From: Armatimonadota bacterium
Lineage (GTDB): Bacteria > Armatimonadota > Chthonomonadetes > Chthonomonadales > CAJBBX01
NCBI GenBank assembly: GCA_026392115.1
Contig: JAPLCQ010000143.1
Coordinates: 819 to 64,818 of the forward strand
Direction of reading: 5' to 3'
DNA: 64,000 nt
This document shows positions 1 through 10,215 of the stretch, one piece after another. A model generated the notes under the pieces. That model was not told the DNA's origin, did no database searches, and saw only the letters and a program-made list of their open reading frames with translations. Made by a program: the position numbers and the translations under genes. How positions within the stretch are numbered: the stretch's first letter is position 1; every line of letters begins with the position of its first letter.

Positions 1-1182
1 CACCTTGTCCTCCTTGAAGGCGCCGTGGGCGGGCATGCTGGGTCCTTCGCCGACCACTTCCCAGGGGCGCGTGCCGTAGATGCCCTCGGCGTTGGCGGCG
101 AACCACCGGGCCAGCGTCCGCAGGATCCACCGGCACTCGTCGTCCAGCGTGCCGTCGGGCTTCTGGGTGAAGTTGAGTAGGAGGTTGCCATTCTTGCTGA
201 CGATATCGATCAGCATCTCGATGACGTGGTCGCCTGTCTTGTAGACGAGCCTGCTGTCGTTGTACCAGCCGCCCACGCAGGTGTCGGTCTGCCACGGCTC
301 CGGCGCGATCTGCTGCCTCTGGCCGCGCTCGATGTCCAGCACGCCCACGCGGTAGACATCCGGGTTCGTGTCCTTCTGGTTGTAGACCGCCTCGTTGGAG
401 CCGTGCTTCGCGGCGCTCGAGTTGTACAGGTGCGCGATCAGGCGGAGGCCCACATCGCCGAAGGGCACGCCGCCGTCGCTGTAGAAGAGGTCCGGCTGGT
501 GCTGGTCGATCAGGTCCTTCATGCGGGCGAACCAGCGCGCGTGCCACCAGGGGTTGTCGGTGTACCAGTCGTGCGGGTCGCCCTGGTTGGGCAGGTAGAG
601 GTCCTCGAGTGCCGGGTCGTTGCCGTCGTAGGGGACGCCCGCGTAGGGGCCGTCGGCATCGGCGCCCTTGTTGTGCTTGTTCCACGAGAAGGCCGCGCCC
701 AGATGCTCCGAGACGCCGAAGCGCAGGCCGCGCCGCACGGCGGCCTCCTGCCAGAGCCCGGTGATGTTGCGCTTGGGGCCCATGTTCACGGCGTTCCAAC
801 GATGGTGCGTGGAGTTCCAGTTGTCGAAGTTGTCGTGATGTACGGCCTGTGCGACGAAGTAGCGCGCGCCGGCCGCCACGTACTCGTCCATCAGAGCTTC
901 GGGATCGAAGCTCTCCGCGCGCCAGAGCGGAATGATGTCCTTGTAGCCGAACTTGCTGGGGTGCCCGTAGACGCGCCAGTGATGGTGGTAGAGCCAGTCG
1001 GAGGGCTGGTACATGCGCCGGGCGTACCAGTCGCCGCACATGGCCACGCACTGCGGTCCCCAGTGCGCCCAGATGCCGAACTTCGCGTCGCGGAACCAGT
1101 CCGGCGTCTCGAACGTGCGCAGCGACTCCCAGGTGGGGTCGAAGGGGCCGGTCTGAATAGCGGTATCGCGCGGGTCTTGCAT
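1..1182 (-). CDS. Alpha-L-fucosidase (GH29), runs off the left edge of the window
   Basis: Absent from the ORF track because it has no stop in the window. Manual translation from ATG 1182 (AGGAGG upstream) gives MQDPRDTAIQTGPFDPTWESLRTFETPDWFRDAKFGIWAHWGPQ, the typical GH29 N-terminus. Later motifs include HHDNFDNWNS, PDLFYSDG and VSKNGNLLLN. Confidence 0.93.
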   Translation of the reverse strand, partial: MQDPRDTAIQTGPFDPTWESLRTFETPDWFRDAKFGIWAHWGPQCVAMCGDWYARRMYQPSDWLYHHHWRVYGHPSKFGYKDIIPLWRAESFDPEALMDEYVAAGARYFVAQAVHHDNFDNWNSTHHRWNAVNMGPKRNITGLWQEAAVRRGLRFGVSEHLGAAFSWNKHNKGADADGPYAGVPYDGNDPALEDLYLPNQGDPHDWYTDNPWWHARWFARMKDLIDQHQPDLFYSDGGVPFGDVGLRLIAHLYNSSAAKHGSNEAVYNQKDTNPDVYRVGVLDIERGQRQQIAPEPWQTDTCVGGWYNDSRLVYKTGDHVIEMLIDIVSKNGNLLLNFTQKPDGTLDDECRWILRTLARWFAANAEGIYGTRPWEVVGEGPSMPAHGAFKEDKV

Positions 1183-1218
1183 GGTGCAGCTCCTCCTGGT
1201 TGTGTTGGCGCCTCGCGC

Positions 1219-3813
1219 CTAGGGTTCGGCGGTGGGCGATGCGGTCTCGTCGTCCAGTGTGGCTCGAACGAGGGCGAGCAGGTCGTGCCTGTCGAACGGC
1301 TTGGCCAGGAACGGCGCCTTGCCCGGCGCGAGCCCGTAGCGCGACATGGTGTCCGCCGGGTAGCCGGACATATACGCGACGCGCATGGCCGGACGTCGTG
1401 ACCGAACCCGCCCGGCCAGCTCCGGTCCGCTCATGCCGGGCATGACCACGTCGGTGAGCATGAGGTCGATCAGGCGCTGGTCGTCGGTAAGGATTCGGAG
1501 AGCCTCCTCCGGGGAAGCGGCGGCCGCGACCGTGTATCCGGCGTCCCTGAGAAACCTCTGGACCGTGAGACGGATCGACTTCTCGTCCTCGACCAGCAGG
1601 ATTTGCTCACGGCCCACCGCGTCGGGCGTCGCCTCGACCGCGACGCGGCACTCGTCCTGATCTGCGCAAACCGGGAGGTAGATGCGGAACTCGGCGCCGG
1701 CGCCCGCCCGGCTCTCGACGGTGACCGTTCCTCCTGCTCGCTTGACGACGCCGTGGACGGTGGCCAGGCCGAGGCCGGTCCCCTTGCCCTCCGGCTTGGT
1801 TGTGAAGAACGGCTCAAACAGGTGGCCCCGGACCTCCTCCGTAAGGCCGGGCCCCGTGTCCGCAACACTCATACGCACGTACTCGCCCGGCTGCAGGCCC
1901 AGTCCCGATACCGCTTCGGCATCGAGCGTCTCCATAGAGGAGCGGAGGGTGACCTCGCCTCCCGCGGCCATGGCGTCGCGCGCGTTGACCACCAGGTTCA
2001 GAGCGATCTGATCCAGGTTGGCCGGATCGATCAGCACGACGGACGGTCCCTCGCAGGGCTGGAAGGTGACGCGGACGCCTTCGCCGGCGAGGCTGCGCAA
2101 GATGGCCATCATGCCCGCCATCCGCTGGTTCAGATCGGTCGGCCGCGGCTCCGCTTCCTCCCGGTTCGCCAGTAGAAGCAGTCGCTGCGTCAGCTGCGCC
2201 GAACGCTTGGCGTCGTCTGCGATGTCCGCCACGATCGACCGCGCGGGGTGGCCGGCCGGCAGGTCAGCCGACGCCAGTTCGACATAGTTGAGGATGCCTG
2301 TGAGGACATTGTTGAACTCGTGCGCCACGCCGCCTGCCAGCCTGCCCACAGACTCCATCTTCTGCGCCTGGATGAGGCGGAGTTCCATCTGCTCCCGGTT
2401 CGCCTCGGCGCGGTGCTGGTCGGTGGTATCTCGAGCGACCACCAGGATCGCCACGGCGCTTGTCCGGAGCAGTACCGGCGTGGCGGCGACGATCGCGGGC
2501 GCGGTGCGGCCCGGCCCTGTTGCCATTACGGACTCGAATGGGTGCGTCTCGCGCTCATTCGCGCCGGCGCCTGAGGCCTTCTGAATGATGCCGGCTGCCG
2601 CCTGGGGCAGGAGGTCTGCGAGCGCATAGCCGTAGGCATCCTCCGCTTCGACGCCAAGTGCGGCTCGAGCGACCGGATTGGCCAGCAGGATGCCTCCCGC
2701 GATGTCGACCAAGAGGATCGCGTCCGGGTGCGTCTCGATGAGCAGGCGGTAGCTCTCTTCGGATCGGCGCAGCACCTGGTCCGAGCGCACATTGGCGCTG
2801 ATGTCCAGGAAGCTGGACAGGATGTACGGCTGGCCGCCGATATCGACCGTCTCTGCGGAGAGGAGCGTGTCGATCACCTGTCCGGCGGGGTTGCGGAAGC
2901 GGACGTGGCGTCCGACCAGCCGCCCCTGGGTTCTGATCTCTCGCCGGACCGCCTCATTCTCGTCGGCATCGGCCCAGAGGCCCAACGAACGGAGTGACGC
3001 GCCGATCAGCGCGGATCGCGGAACACCGAGCAACCGGAGCGATTGCTCGTTGGCGTCGATGATGACGCTGTCGGATAGGCGGTGGATCATGCCGGCGTAG
3101 GGCGCCGCCTGGAAGACGCGGCTGAACCGCTCCTCTTGGTCGGCAACCTGGTGCAGCAGCCATGCGTTGACCGTAACGACCGCAGAGAAGGTCAGAGCCA
3201 GGTGCAGAGCCAGCGTGGCAAGGACGATCATGGCGTTGCTGGGCGCAGGCGCCGTGAACTCCTGCGTCTTGGGAGCCCAGATCAGCAGCGCCACGATGCG
3301 GATCGCCATCGTGATGCACATGGCCGCCATCGTCGCGCCAAGCGGCCGCAGAGCCGGGCGCAGGCGGGGCTCCGTCCGCCAGAAGGCCAGGTAAGCTCCC
3401 TGCCCGAACAGCGAGAGGGACATGAGCGCATAGAGGTAGTGTCGTGCCGTTAGGCTTGGATGGACCGCCGAAAAATAGTAGAAGAGCGGGCCCGTCAGCC
3501 CGACTACCAGCGCATTCTGCCAGTGGGGACCGCGAAGGCCGACCAGTCGCTCAAGGCCGACGACGATGAGCCAGACCGTGAGGGCGGCCAGGACAATGGC
3601 GACGACGATGGACGCCCAATCCGGTATGATGCCTCGCAGGGCCATGAGGACGGCTCCGGCCCATGCGACTGTGAACGCCCAGCCGAAGTACACCGTTCCC
3701 TGCGCGCGGCCCCGGCACTGCAGGTGGAGCGACCAGATGATAACGCAGCAGAGCGGAGCCAGCGCCGCAAGGCTCCAGAGCAGCGTCCTCACGTCCAAGA
3801 AACCCAATGGCAC
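1219..3813 (-). CDS. Membrane-bound hybrid sensor histidine kinase (multi-TM, 2 PAS, HisKA, HATPase, receiver)
   Basis: H-box AGGVAHEFNNVL, N-box NLVVNARDAM, G-boxes DTGPG / EPFFTTK / GTGLGL, receiver LLVEDE...DVVMPGMSG...KPF. Start trimmed to GTG 3813 (or TTG 3807, which is better spaced from GGAGG). The ORF-track extension to 4824 is antisense to the GH127 gene. Confidence 0.92.
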   Translation of the reverse strand: MPLGFLDVRTLLWSLAALAPLCCVIIWSLHLQCRGRAQGTVYFGWAFTVAWAGAVLMALRGIIPDWASIVVAIVLAALTVWLIVVGLERLVGLRGPHWQNALVVGLTGPLFYYFSAVHPSLTARHYLYALMSLSLFGQGAYLAFWRTEPRLRPALRPLGATMAAMCITMAIRIVALLIWAPKTQEFTAPAPSNAMIVLATLALHLALTFSAVVTVNAWLLHQVADQEERFSRVFQAAPYAGMIHRLSDSVIIDANEQSLRLLGVPRSALIGASLRSLGLWADADENEAVRREIRTQGRLVGRHVRFRNPAGQVIDTLLSAETVDIGGQPYILSSFLDISANVRSDQVLRRSEESYRLLIETHPDAILLVDIAGGILLANPVARAALGVEAEDAYGYALADLLPQAAAGIIQKASGAGANERETHPFESVMATGPGRTAPAIVAATPVLLRTSAVAILVVARDTTDQHRAEANREQMELRLIQAQKMESVGRLAGGVAHEFNNVLTGILNYVELASADLPAGHPARSIVADIADDAKRSAQLTQRLLLLANREEAEPRPTDLNQRMAGMMAILRSLAGEGVRVTFQPCEGPSVVLIDPANLDQIALNLVVNARDAMAAGGEVTLRSSMETLDAEAVSGLGLQPGEYVRMSVADTGPGLTEEVRGHLFEPFFTTKPEGKGTGLGLATVHGVVKRAGGTVTVESRAGAGAEFRIYLPVCADQDECRVAVEATPDAVGREQILLVEDEKSIRLTVQRFLRDAGYTVAAAASPEEALRILTDDQRLIDLMLTDVVMPGMSGPELAGRVRSRRPAMRVAYMSGYPADTMSRYGLAPGKAPFLAKPFDRHDLLALVRATLDDETASPTAEP

Positions 3814-4007
3814 CCTCCGCGTCCAGCAGGCGGACGAAGAACCCGACCTGTTACCATAGCAGATAGTGCGAGTGCGGCGCACGTCCCTCGGCGCTGGAGG
3901 GCCGGCGCGCAGAACGCCATCGGCACGAGCCGCCGTGCACGCTCGACGATGGCATCCGCTCCCCGTGTGGGTGATGCCAAGGATCGCGAACGACGGGCCG
4001 CGCCCTG

Positions 4008-4037
4008 TTGACAACGGGGTGCGCCGGGCAGTAGGCT
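4008..4037 (+). promoter_or_regulatory. Sigma70-type promoter TTGACA-N18-TAGGCT, probably giving a leaderless transcript
   Basis: Perfect -35 at 4008-4013 and TAnnnT -10 at 4032-4037. The ATG at 4045 follows 7 nt later with no Shine-Dalgarno. Confidence 0.6.
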
Positions 4038-4044
4038 CTGCGGC

Positions 4045-6201
4045 ATGAAGCCCACTCTCGCCTATGCCGTATTGGCGGCCTGCGCGGCGGCCCTGCATGC
4101 GCCGGCCCCCGCGGCCCTCGCCGCCGCCTCCGGAGGACCTGTGAAACTGCAACCGTTCGACTACCGGGGCGTGACGCTGGACGGCGGCCGCCTGCGCCAG
4201 CAAGTCGAGGAGGTGCGCGCGGCATACCTGCGCATCCCCAACGACGACCTGCTCAAGCCCTACCGCCTGCGAGCGGGCAAGCCCGCGCCCGGCGCCGACC
4301 TGAAGGGCGTCTACATCGGCCACGGCACGTTCGGGCAGCACCTCTCGGGTCTGGCCCGCCTCTATGCCGCCACCGGTGATGTCGCCTGCAAGGAGAAGGC
4401 CGAGGCCCTGCTTTCTGGTTGGGCGGACTGCATGGAGCCCGACGGCTACGCGCTGCAGGCCAAGCCCATCGACCTGGCGCCCTATCACGTCGAGAAGCTG
4501 GTCGGCGGGCTCGTGGACATGATCGCCTACTGCGGCGATAGGGGCGCGGCGGAGCCGTTGCTGCGCCTCGTTGCTTGGTCGGAGGCCAACCTCGCCGGCA
4601 CCGAGAAGAGCATCAATGCCACCGACGGCAACTGGTACATGCTGAACGGCGAGTGGTACACGCTGGCCGAGAGCTTCTACCGCGCCTACGAGGTCACCCG
4701 CGACGCCCGATGTCTCAAGCTTGCCAAGCGCTTCGAGTACACCGACTTCTGGGAGATCATCCGCCGCCGGGCGAACCCCTTCGACCGCCCCGGCTGGAAG
4801 GGCTGGTACCACGCCTACAGCCACGTCAACTCGTTCTGCGGCGCGGGCCCGGCCTACCGCGTCACCGGCGAGGCGCGCTACCTCGAGACACTCAAGGCGG
4901 CCTACGACTTCATGCAGCGGGAGGAGACCTACGCCACGGGCGGCTTCGGCCCCGGCGAGAGCCTCATCGCCCGGGCCGACCTCGCGGCCTCGCTGGAGCG
5001 CGGCTCAAGCCACTTCGAGACGCAGTGCGGTTCCTGGGCGGGCTTCAAGCTCTGCAAGTACCTGCTGGCCTTCACGGGCGATGCGCGCTACGGCGACTGG
5101 GCCGAGCGGCTCCTGCTGAACGGCGTCGGCGCCTCCATACCCATGGACCCAGAGGGGCGCGTCTTCTATTACTCCGACTACAACCTCGGCGGCGGCGTGA
5201 AGAAGCTGATCTCGGACGGCTGGCCCTGCTGCTCGGGCACGCGCATCGAACTGACTGCCGACTACCACGACCTCGTCTTCATGCACGATGACGAGACGCT
5301 CTACGCCGTGCAGTTTGCTCCGGCAACCGTCGCCTGGAAGCACAGGGGCGCCCGCGTACAGGTGCGGCAGCAGACCCGCTTCCCGGAGGAAGAGGCCACT
5401 GAACTCACGGTGCAAGTCGCTCGGCCACGCGAGTTCGGCCTGGCCGTGCGCCTACCCGAGTGGCTTGCCGGAGAGCCGAAAGCCTGGGTGAACGGCAAGC
5501 CGTTGAGGCTTGAGGCCGGCTCCGACCACTGGGGCAGGGCCCGCCGCCTCTGGCGAAACGGCGACACGCTGCGCGTGTCCCTGCCCATGAGCTTCCGTCT
5601 GAGCCGCATCGATCCGGCCAGGGAGTTCCCGGTCGCCATCATGCGCGGACCGGTGGCGCTGGCCGTGCGTCCCACAGAGGGTAACCCCTCACGCGAGGTC
5701 GATACCAAGCGGCTCGACGCCACGCTGAAGCCGGTGCCGGGCCAGCCGCTCAACTACCGGACGGGCAAGGATGCCGCGCTGTTGGTGCGGCCGTTCAGCC
5801 AGTTCGCGGCAGGGGAGCCCTACTTCCTCTACCTCGATCCCGTGCGCAACTTCGTACGGCGCTCGTGGGAGGGCTACGCGTTTTCGGGCGCATGGAGCGA
5901 CTTCGGCGAGTGGCAGACCTCGGCGTCGCCCGGCTCGACCGTGCAGATCTCCTTCACCGGGGTCGGGGTTCGCGTACACGGCTTCTACTACGATGACGCC
6001 GGCATGTTCCAGGTGGAAATCGACGGGAAGGTCGCGGGCACGCTGGACGAGTACGGCGCGGTCCGTGGCGAGAAGGCGCACTGGGACTTCGCCGGCCTCG
6101 CCTCCGGCAGCCACATGTTGCGCTTGACGGTGATGGAGGAGAAGAACACAGCCTCCAAAGGCCGCTTCTGCAATCTGGCATACGTCGAGGGGTTGCCGTA
6201 G
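4045..6201 (+). CDS. Secreted beta-L-arabinofuranosidase-like glycoside hydrolase (GH127/GH146, DUF1680) with C-terminal beta-sandwich
   Basis: Signal peptide; GHGTFGQHLSGLA, HAYSHVN, ETQCGS, WPCCSGT (Cys/Glu metal ligands typical of GH127/146), RLPEW, RGPVALA. Confidence 0.85.
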   Translation: MKPTLAYAVLAACAAALHAPAPAALAAASGGPVKLQPFDYRGVTLDGGRLRQQVEEVRAAYLRIPNDDLLKPYRLRAGKPAPGADLKGVYIGHGTFGQHLSGLARLYAATGDVACKEKAEALLSGWADCMEPDGYALQAKPIDLAPYHVEKLVGGLVDMIAYCGDRGAAEPLLRLVAWSEANLAGTEKSINATDGNWYMLNGEWYTLAESFYRAYEVTRDARCLKLAKRFEYTDFWEIIRRRANPFDRPGWKGWYHAYSHVNSFCGAGPAYRVTGEARYLETLKAAYDFMQREETYATGGFGPGESLIARADLAASLERGSSHFETQCGSWAGFKLCKYLLAFTGDARYGDWAERLLLNGVGASIPMDPEGRVFYYSDYNLGGGVKKLISDGWPCCSGTRIELTADYHDLVFMHDDETLYAVQFAPATVAWKHRGARVQVRQQTRFPEEEATELTVQVARPREFGLAVRLPEWLAGEPKAWVNGKPLRLEAGSDHWGRARRLWRNGDTLRVSLPMSFRLSRIDPAREFPVAIMRGPVALAVRPTEGNPSREVDTKRLDATLKPVPGQPLNYRTGKDAALLVRPFSQFAAGEPYFLYLDPVRNFVRRSWEGYAFSGAWSDFGEWQTSASPGSTVQISFTGVGVRVHGFYYDDAGMFQVEIDGKVAGTLDEYGAVRGEKAHWDFAGLASGSHMLRLTVMEEKNTASKGRFCNLAYVEGLP

Positions 6202-6204
6202 GGA

Positions 6205-6236
6205 CCTGCTCCGATGCGTGACCGCACCGGAGCAGG
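6205..6236. terminator. Hairpin between convergent genes (probable terminator)
   Basis: CCTGCTCCG-a-TGCG tgac CGCA-c-CGGAGCAGG inverted repeat just after the stop at 6201. No U-tract. Confidence 0.55.
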
Positions 6237-6252
6237 GAGACGGCGACGGGCC

Positions 6253-8328
6253 CTACTTCTGGCCGGCCAGAAAGGCGTACATGCAGATGTTCAGCGCCAT
6301 GGTCTCGTGGACGGTGAACTCGTTGCTGTTGATCAGCGACCAGCCGTCGCAGTAGCGCCGCTGCTCGGGCAGCGAGTACCAGGCGGGGTAGACCTGCGAC
6401 CAGACGGCCTTCTGGTAGACCGCGCCGCTGGCGTCGGCCGACGGGCCGTAGACGACGATTCCCGGCACCGGCGCCTTGCCCGCCAGCGTGGGAAGGTACG
6501 AATCCAACTGGCAGATGGACGACGGCGGGTGCGCGCCCAGACCGGTCACGTAGCACTGCCCCAGCGGGTTCAGGCCCAGCGTGTAGTCGGCCATCTGGCT
6601 CACGGCGTCGGTGTACTTCAGGTCGGGCGTCAGCCGGTACTGGAGGATCAGGGGTTCGGCGTAACGGCCCTGGTTGGTGCCCGCGCCATACCCGAGGCCG
6701 CCCACGGGGCCGATGGGGTACGGCATGGCGGCCACGTTGGCGAGGACCTCGTCCGCCCTCTGCTTCAGGATTTTCCGGAACCCGGCCTGTACGGCCGCGT
6801 CCGCGGGCTTGTCGGTGATCAAGTAGGCGAAGAAGTAGGGCGCGAAGACCTGGCCGCCGTTGAGCGAACTGAAGTTCCAGTACCGCGGGTTGTAGACCTC
6901 GGGCCACGTCGTGTTGGTGATGAGGTACCGCGCGGCTGCGAGGAAGGCCTCGTGGTACTCGGCAAGTCCGGTCGCCAGGTAGAGGTGTAGGGCTGCGTAC
7001 ATGCGCTGCGCGGGCCTCAGTTCGGCTTGGGGGCCGGCTTCGAGCCAGGTCCATGCCAGCCGTGCCCGGGCCAGGAGTTGCTCGCTTCGCGTCTTGCTGA
7101 ACGGCGCCAGCAGGCGAGCCGCATGGGCGAACAGGCCCGCCGACATGGCGGTCGCCGGTGCATCCTTCGCGTAGGTCCGGTAGACCAGGTTGTCGGTGGA
7201 GGAGTCGACCTGGCCGTAGGTCGGATGCCGCTGGGCTTCAACGCCGCCTCGGACCGCGCCGTCGGGATCCTGCAGGGACTCCCATAGGGCCACACCCCAG
7301 AGCGCCTCATCCAGCCAGTCCGGGATGCCGTTGCCCGACTCCGGCAGGTCGAACTGCCCGTCGGTAAAGCCTGCCGGGAACGCCTCATACTGGTTCAGCA
7401 TCCACGCCGGGACCTGCAGGTTGGTGAGCTGTCGGTCGAAATCGCCGGCGTCGTGATAGCCGCCGCGCATGGGCCGGGGCTTGCCGGTGATGGGTCCCGA
7501 AAGGAACCCGTAGTGATTGGTCGAGTCGGTGTCGTAGGCGATCAGGTGCGCCTGTCCGACCGCCCTCGGGTGGTCGGAGTGGTACAGCCCTCGCGTGTGA
7601 ACGAACGAGGTATGCTCCGATGCCGCGGCGCTGATGCTGAACGGATGCGAGCGGCCGATGCCGTCGACGATGACGACGTAGGGACCGCCGACGGGCGCCT
7701 GCGCGAGGTTGAGGCGGTAGATGTACTCACCCGTGCCCACCTTGCGCGACGGGGTGTCATCCCCCCAGTAGGTGGCGACGCCTCGCGCCACATCCTCGCC
7801 GGTGACCAGCGACCGCACCCTGTAGGTCGGAAGCTCCGGCAACTTCCTTGAGCCCAGGTCGCCGAGGAAGGCGCCGAATACCGCGTACCGTGCGCGGCCT
7901 CGGGGCCAGTAGCCCTCCTGGTTCACCTTCAGGCTCTCGCAGAGCGTTGCGGCGTCGTTGAACGCCAGCGTGGTCTGGCCGAATGGCGTGCGGATGGAGT
8001 AGGTCCGTCCCACTGAGAGCCTGTTCGGGAGGACCAGGTAGTAGGAGTGAAACATGGTGACGGGGTAGAACGCGCCGAGGTTGATGGCCTGGTTCGAGGG
8101 CACCGACCCGCGGCCCACCGCCAGCGGCGTTGCGCCGTCCACCGCCCAGTCGGCAGGCGCCTGCGAAGGGGCGGCTGCGTCCGGCGCGGTCTCGGCCTGG
8201 ATGACGATAACATCGGCGGCAGCCGTCTTGACGGCAACCAAGCGGGCAAGCTGTGCGGTCGCGGAACCGGTCAGCGAGGTCATCAATAGGACCAGCGCCG
8301 CCGGTAGGGTGAAGGCATAGCGGTTCAT
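6253..8328 (-). CDS. Secreted GH9-family glycoside hydrolase with N-terminal Ig-like domain
   Basis: KVNQEGY (CelD_N-like), GGYHDAGDFDR (catalytic DAGD), PESGNGIPDWLDEALWG, LGLNPLGQCYVTGLG, NEFTVHE. Signal peptide from MNRYAFTL. Confidence 0.85.
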   Translation of the reverse strand: MNRYAFTLPAALVLLMTSLTGSATAQLARLVAVKTAAADVIVIQAETAPDAAAPSQAPADWAVDGATPLAVGRGSVPSNQAINLGAFYPVTMFHSYYLVLPNRLSVGRTYSIRTPFGQTTLAFNDAATLCESLKVNQEGYWPRGRARYAVFGAFLGDLGSRKLPELPTYRVRSLVTGEDVARGVATYWGDDTPSRKVGTGEYIYRLNLAQAPVGGPYVVIVDGIGRSHPFSISAAASEHTSFVHTRGLYHSDHPRAVGQAHLIAYDTDSTNHYGFLSGPITGKPRPMRGGYHDAGDFDRQLTNLQVPAWMLNQYEAFPAGFTDGQFDLPESGNGIPDWLDEALWGVALWESLQDPDGAVRGGVEAQRHPTYGQVDSSTDNLVYRTYAKDAPATAMSAGLFAHAARLLAPFSKTRSEQLLARARLAWTWLEAGPQAELRPAQRMYAALHLYLATGLAEYHEAFLAAARYLITNTTWPEVYNPRYWNFSSLNGGQVFAPYFFAYLITDKPADAAVQAGFRKILKQRADEVLANVAAMPYPIGPVGGLGYGAGTNQGRYAEPLILQYRLTPDLKYTDAVSQMADYTLGLNPLGQCYVTGLGAHPPSSICQLDSYLPTLAGKAPVPGIVVYGPSADASGAVYQKAVWSQVYPAWYSLPEQRRYCDGWSLINSNEFTVHETMALNICMYAFLAGQK

Positions 8329-8426
8329 GGACTCGAACTCCCTGTGTCCTGCGGCCATGTGGCACTTAGGTTCTGTGTGGCCGGGACTTAGGTAGTACTT
8401 ACGACCCGCTGTGCAGGCCGGTTCCG

Positions 8427-10211
8427 CTACTTCTCAATGGGCACCACAATCCCCTGCATGATGACCCGCTGGGCCAGCACGAAGATGAGAAGCGTGGGCA
8501 GCGCCGCCAGCACAAGGGCCGCGAAGATGACGCTCTGGTGCGCCGTCTGTTGGAGCTGGTAGAGCCAGACCATGATGGTCCACATCCTCTCGTCCGGGCA
8601 GATGATCAGCGCGAACATGAAGGCGCTGTAGGCCGACGTGAAGGCGCCCAGCGCGATCAGGGCCAGGACGGGTGTGCTCAAGGCCATGGTGAAGCGCCAG
8701 AACATCACCCACTCGCCCGCGCCGTCCAGCATGGCGCTCTCGTACATCTCTTGCGGGATGCTGTCGAAGAAGCCCTTGAGGATGAAGATGTTGAACCCGT
8801 TGGCAAGCCCAGGCAGGACCAGCGCCCAGTAGGTGTTCAGCAGGTGCAGCTCCTTCAGCAGCAGGAAGTTGGGGATCATGGTCACCGCGCCGGGGAAGGC
8901 CATGGTGGCCAGGAAGAACATGAGGATGCCGTAGGTGTTCTTCAGCCGGAACCGCGACAGGGCGTACGCCGCGGCCGGGTTCACCAGCAATGCCGCCAGC
9001 ACGCTGAGGCCGATGAGCGCCACCGTGTTCAGGACGGCTCGCCCGTAGACCGTTACGTAGCCCACCACGATGCGGTAGTTGCGGGTCATCGTCTCCGCGA
9101 GCCAGGCCCGGTGCGTCGCCTCGAAGACCGCGTGGTCGTACGCGGCGATGGGCGGCGCCGTCCGGGCGGCGTCCGGCCGGTGTGCGGCGGCGTAGGCGCG
9201 GTACCGCGTGTTCATGGCATCGACGCGCAGGCGCTCTGGCGGGCATCGATCGGTGATGTACTGGGTGTAGGCCGTGAAGAGGGCGCTGGAGCGCAGCTCC
9301 TCGAGGGTGCACCGGATGTCGGCAAAGGAGGAGTAGCGCGTCTCCAGCAGGGCGTTCATCTTGCCCACGTCTCCACCGAACCGGTGCGACAGGTCGCTGC
9401 GGAAGCCCGCCAGTCCCGCCTGGTCCAGCCGCACGAAGAGGCAGTTGAGCCCGTGCTGCACGAACTCGGCCCACGGTTTGCCCGAGGCGCCCTCCGGCAT
9501 CCGCTCGGCAAGGATGGACTGCCGCGGCCACGCGCCGGACTTGACGCCTGCCATCTTCGCCTGCGCCAGAACGTAGAGGCCGTCCACGTTCACCCAGGCC
9601 CGGTCGGCGCCGGGTAGCGCGCGCTTGAAGCGCAAGTAACGGTCGTACAAGGCTGATCGCTCGTAGTTGAACTCCTTCGTGGCCGGATTGTCCAGCACGC
9701 CGGGGAAGTCGTTCCAGGTGGTGATCGGCAGGCCGTAGCGTCGGTTGAACTCACCCACCGAGCCGCACTCCGACCGCAGCGAGTCGCGCAGCGCCCGGAA
9801 GTTGCGCAGTTGCATGGACTGAACGTTGCCCGATTCCGCCACCCAATAGAAGTGGTCCGGGGCCGCTTCCTGCGAGCCGAGGAACCGGCGCAGAAGCGCG
9901 ACCCGGTCGCCGCCCGGAGCGTCGGGAAGGTCGCGGAAACGCATCACCTCGCGGCCAAATGCGCTCGACAGGTTGGTGAGCGTCCCGTACCGGTCCTCCA
10001 TGAACCGCGCGAACCGAAGCCGCGGCGAGAGAAGGAACTCGGGAAAGGCGTCCATCTGCTCCGTGTCGGCCTGGCCCTTCACGCTGCCGGAGAGCATCAC
10101 CATCAACGGGTAGACCATCGTGACGCCGCCCAGGACCAGTAGCGCATAGATCGCCGCGATGACGAGCCTGACCTTGGGCGTCCTGCGGCCGATGGCGGGA
10201 AGAATGGGCAT
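8427..10211 (-). CDS. Carbohydrate ABC transporter permease (MalG-like) with large extracytoplasmic insertion
   Basis: N-terminal TM, about 300 aa soluble insert, then AAYALSRF, LLNTYWALVLP and the EAA loop EMYESAMLDGA. Confidence 0.9.
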   Translation of the reverse strand: MPILPAIGRRTPKVRLVIAAIYALLVLGGVTMVYPLMVMLSGSVKGQADTEQMDAFPEFLLSPRLRFARFMEDRYGTLTNLSSAFGREVMRFRDLPDAPGGDRVALLRRFLGSQEAAPDHFYWVAESGNVQSMQLRNFRALRDSLRSECGSVGEFNRRYGLPITTWNDFPGVLDNPATKEFNYERSALYDRYLRFKRALPGADRAWVNVDGLYVLAQAKMAGVKSGAWPRQSILAERMPEGASGKPWAEFVQHGLNCLFVRLDQAGLAGFRSDLSHRFGGDVGKMNALLETRYSSFADIRCTLEELRSSALFTAYTQYITDRCPPERLRVDAMNTRYRAYAAAHRPDAARTAPPIAAYDHAVFEATHRAWLAETMTRNYRIVVGYVTVYGRAVLNTVALIGLSVLAALLVNPAAAYALSRFRLKNTYGILMFFLATMAFPGAVTMIPNFLLLKELHLLNTYWALVLPGLANGFNIFILKGFFDSIPQEMYESAMLDGAGEWVMFWRFTMALSTPVLALIALGAFTSAYSAFMFALIICPDERMWTIMVWLYQLQQTAHQSVIFAALVLAALPTLLIFVLAQRVIMQGIVVPIEK

Positions 10212-10215
10212 GGCG

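Noticed and set aside
226-1401. 391-aa plus-strand ORF
   Set aside because: Antisense shadow of the GH29 fucosidase, which has clear motifs and an RBS on the minus strand.
3814-4824. N-terminal 336-aa extension of the histidine kinase ORF
   Set aside because: Overlaps the GH127 gene and its promoter on the other strand; the kinase has its own RBS and start near 3807-3813.
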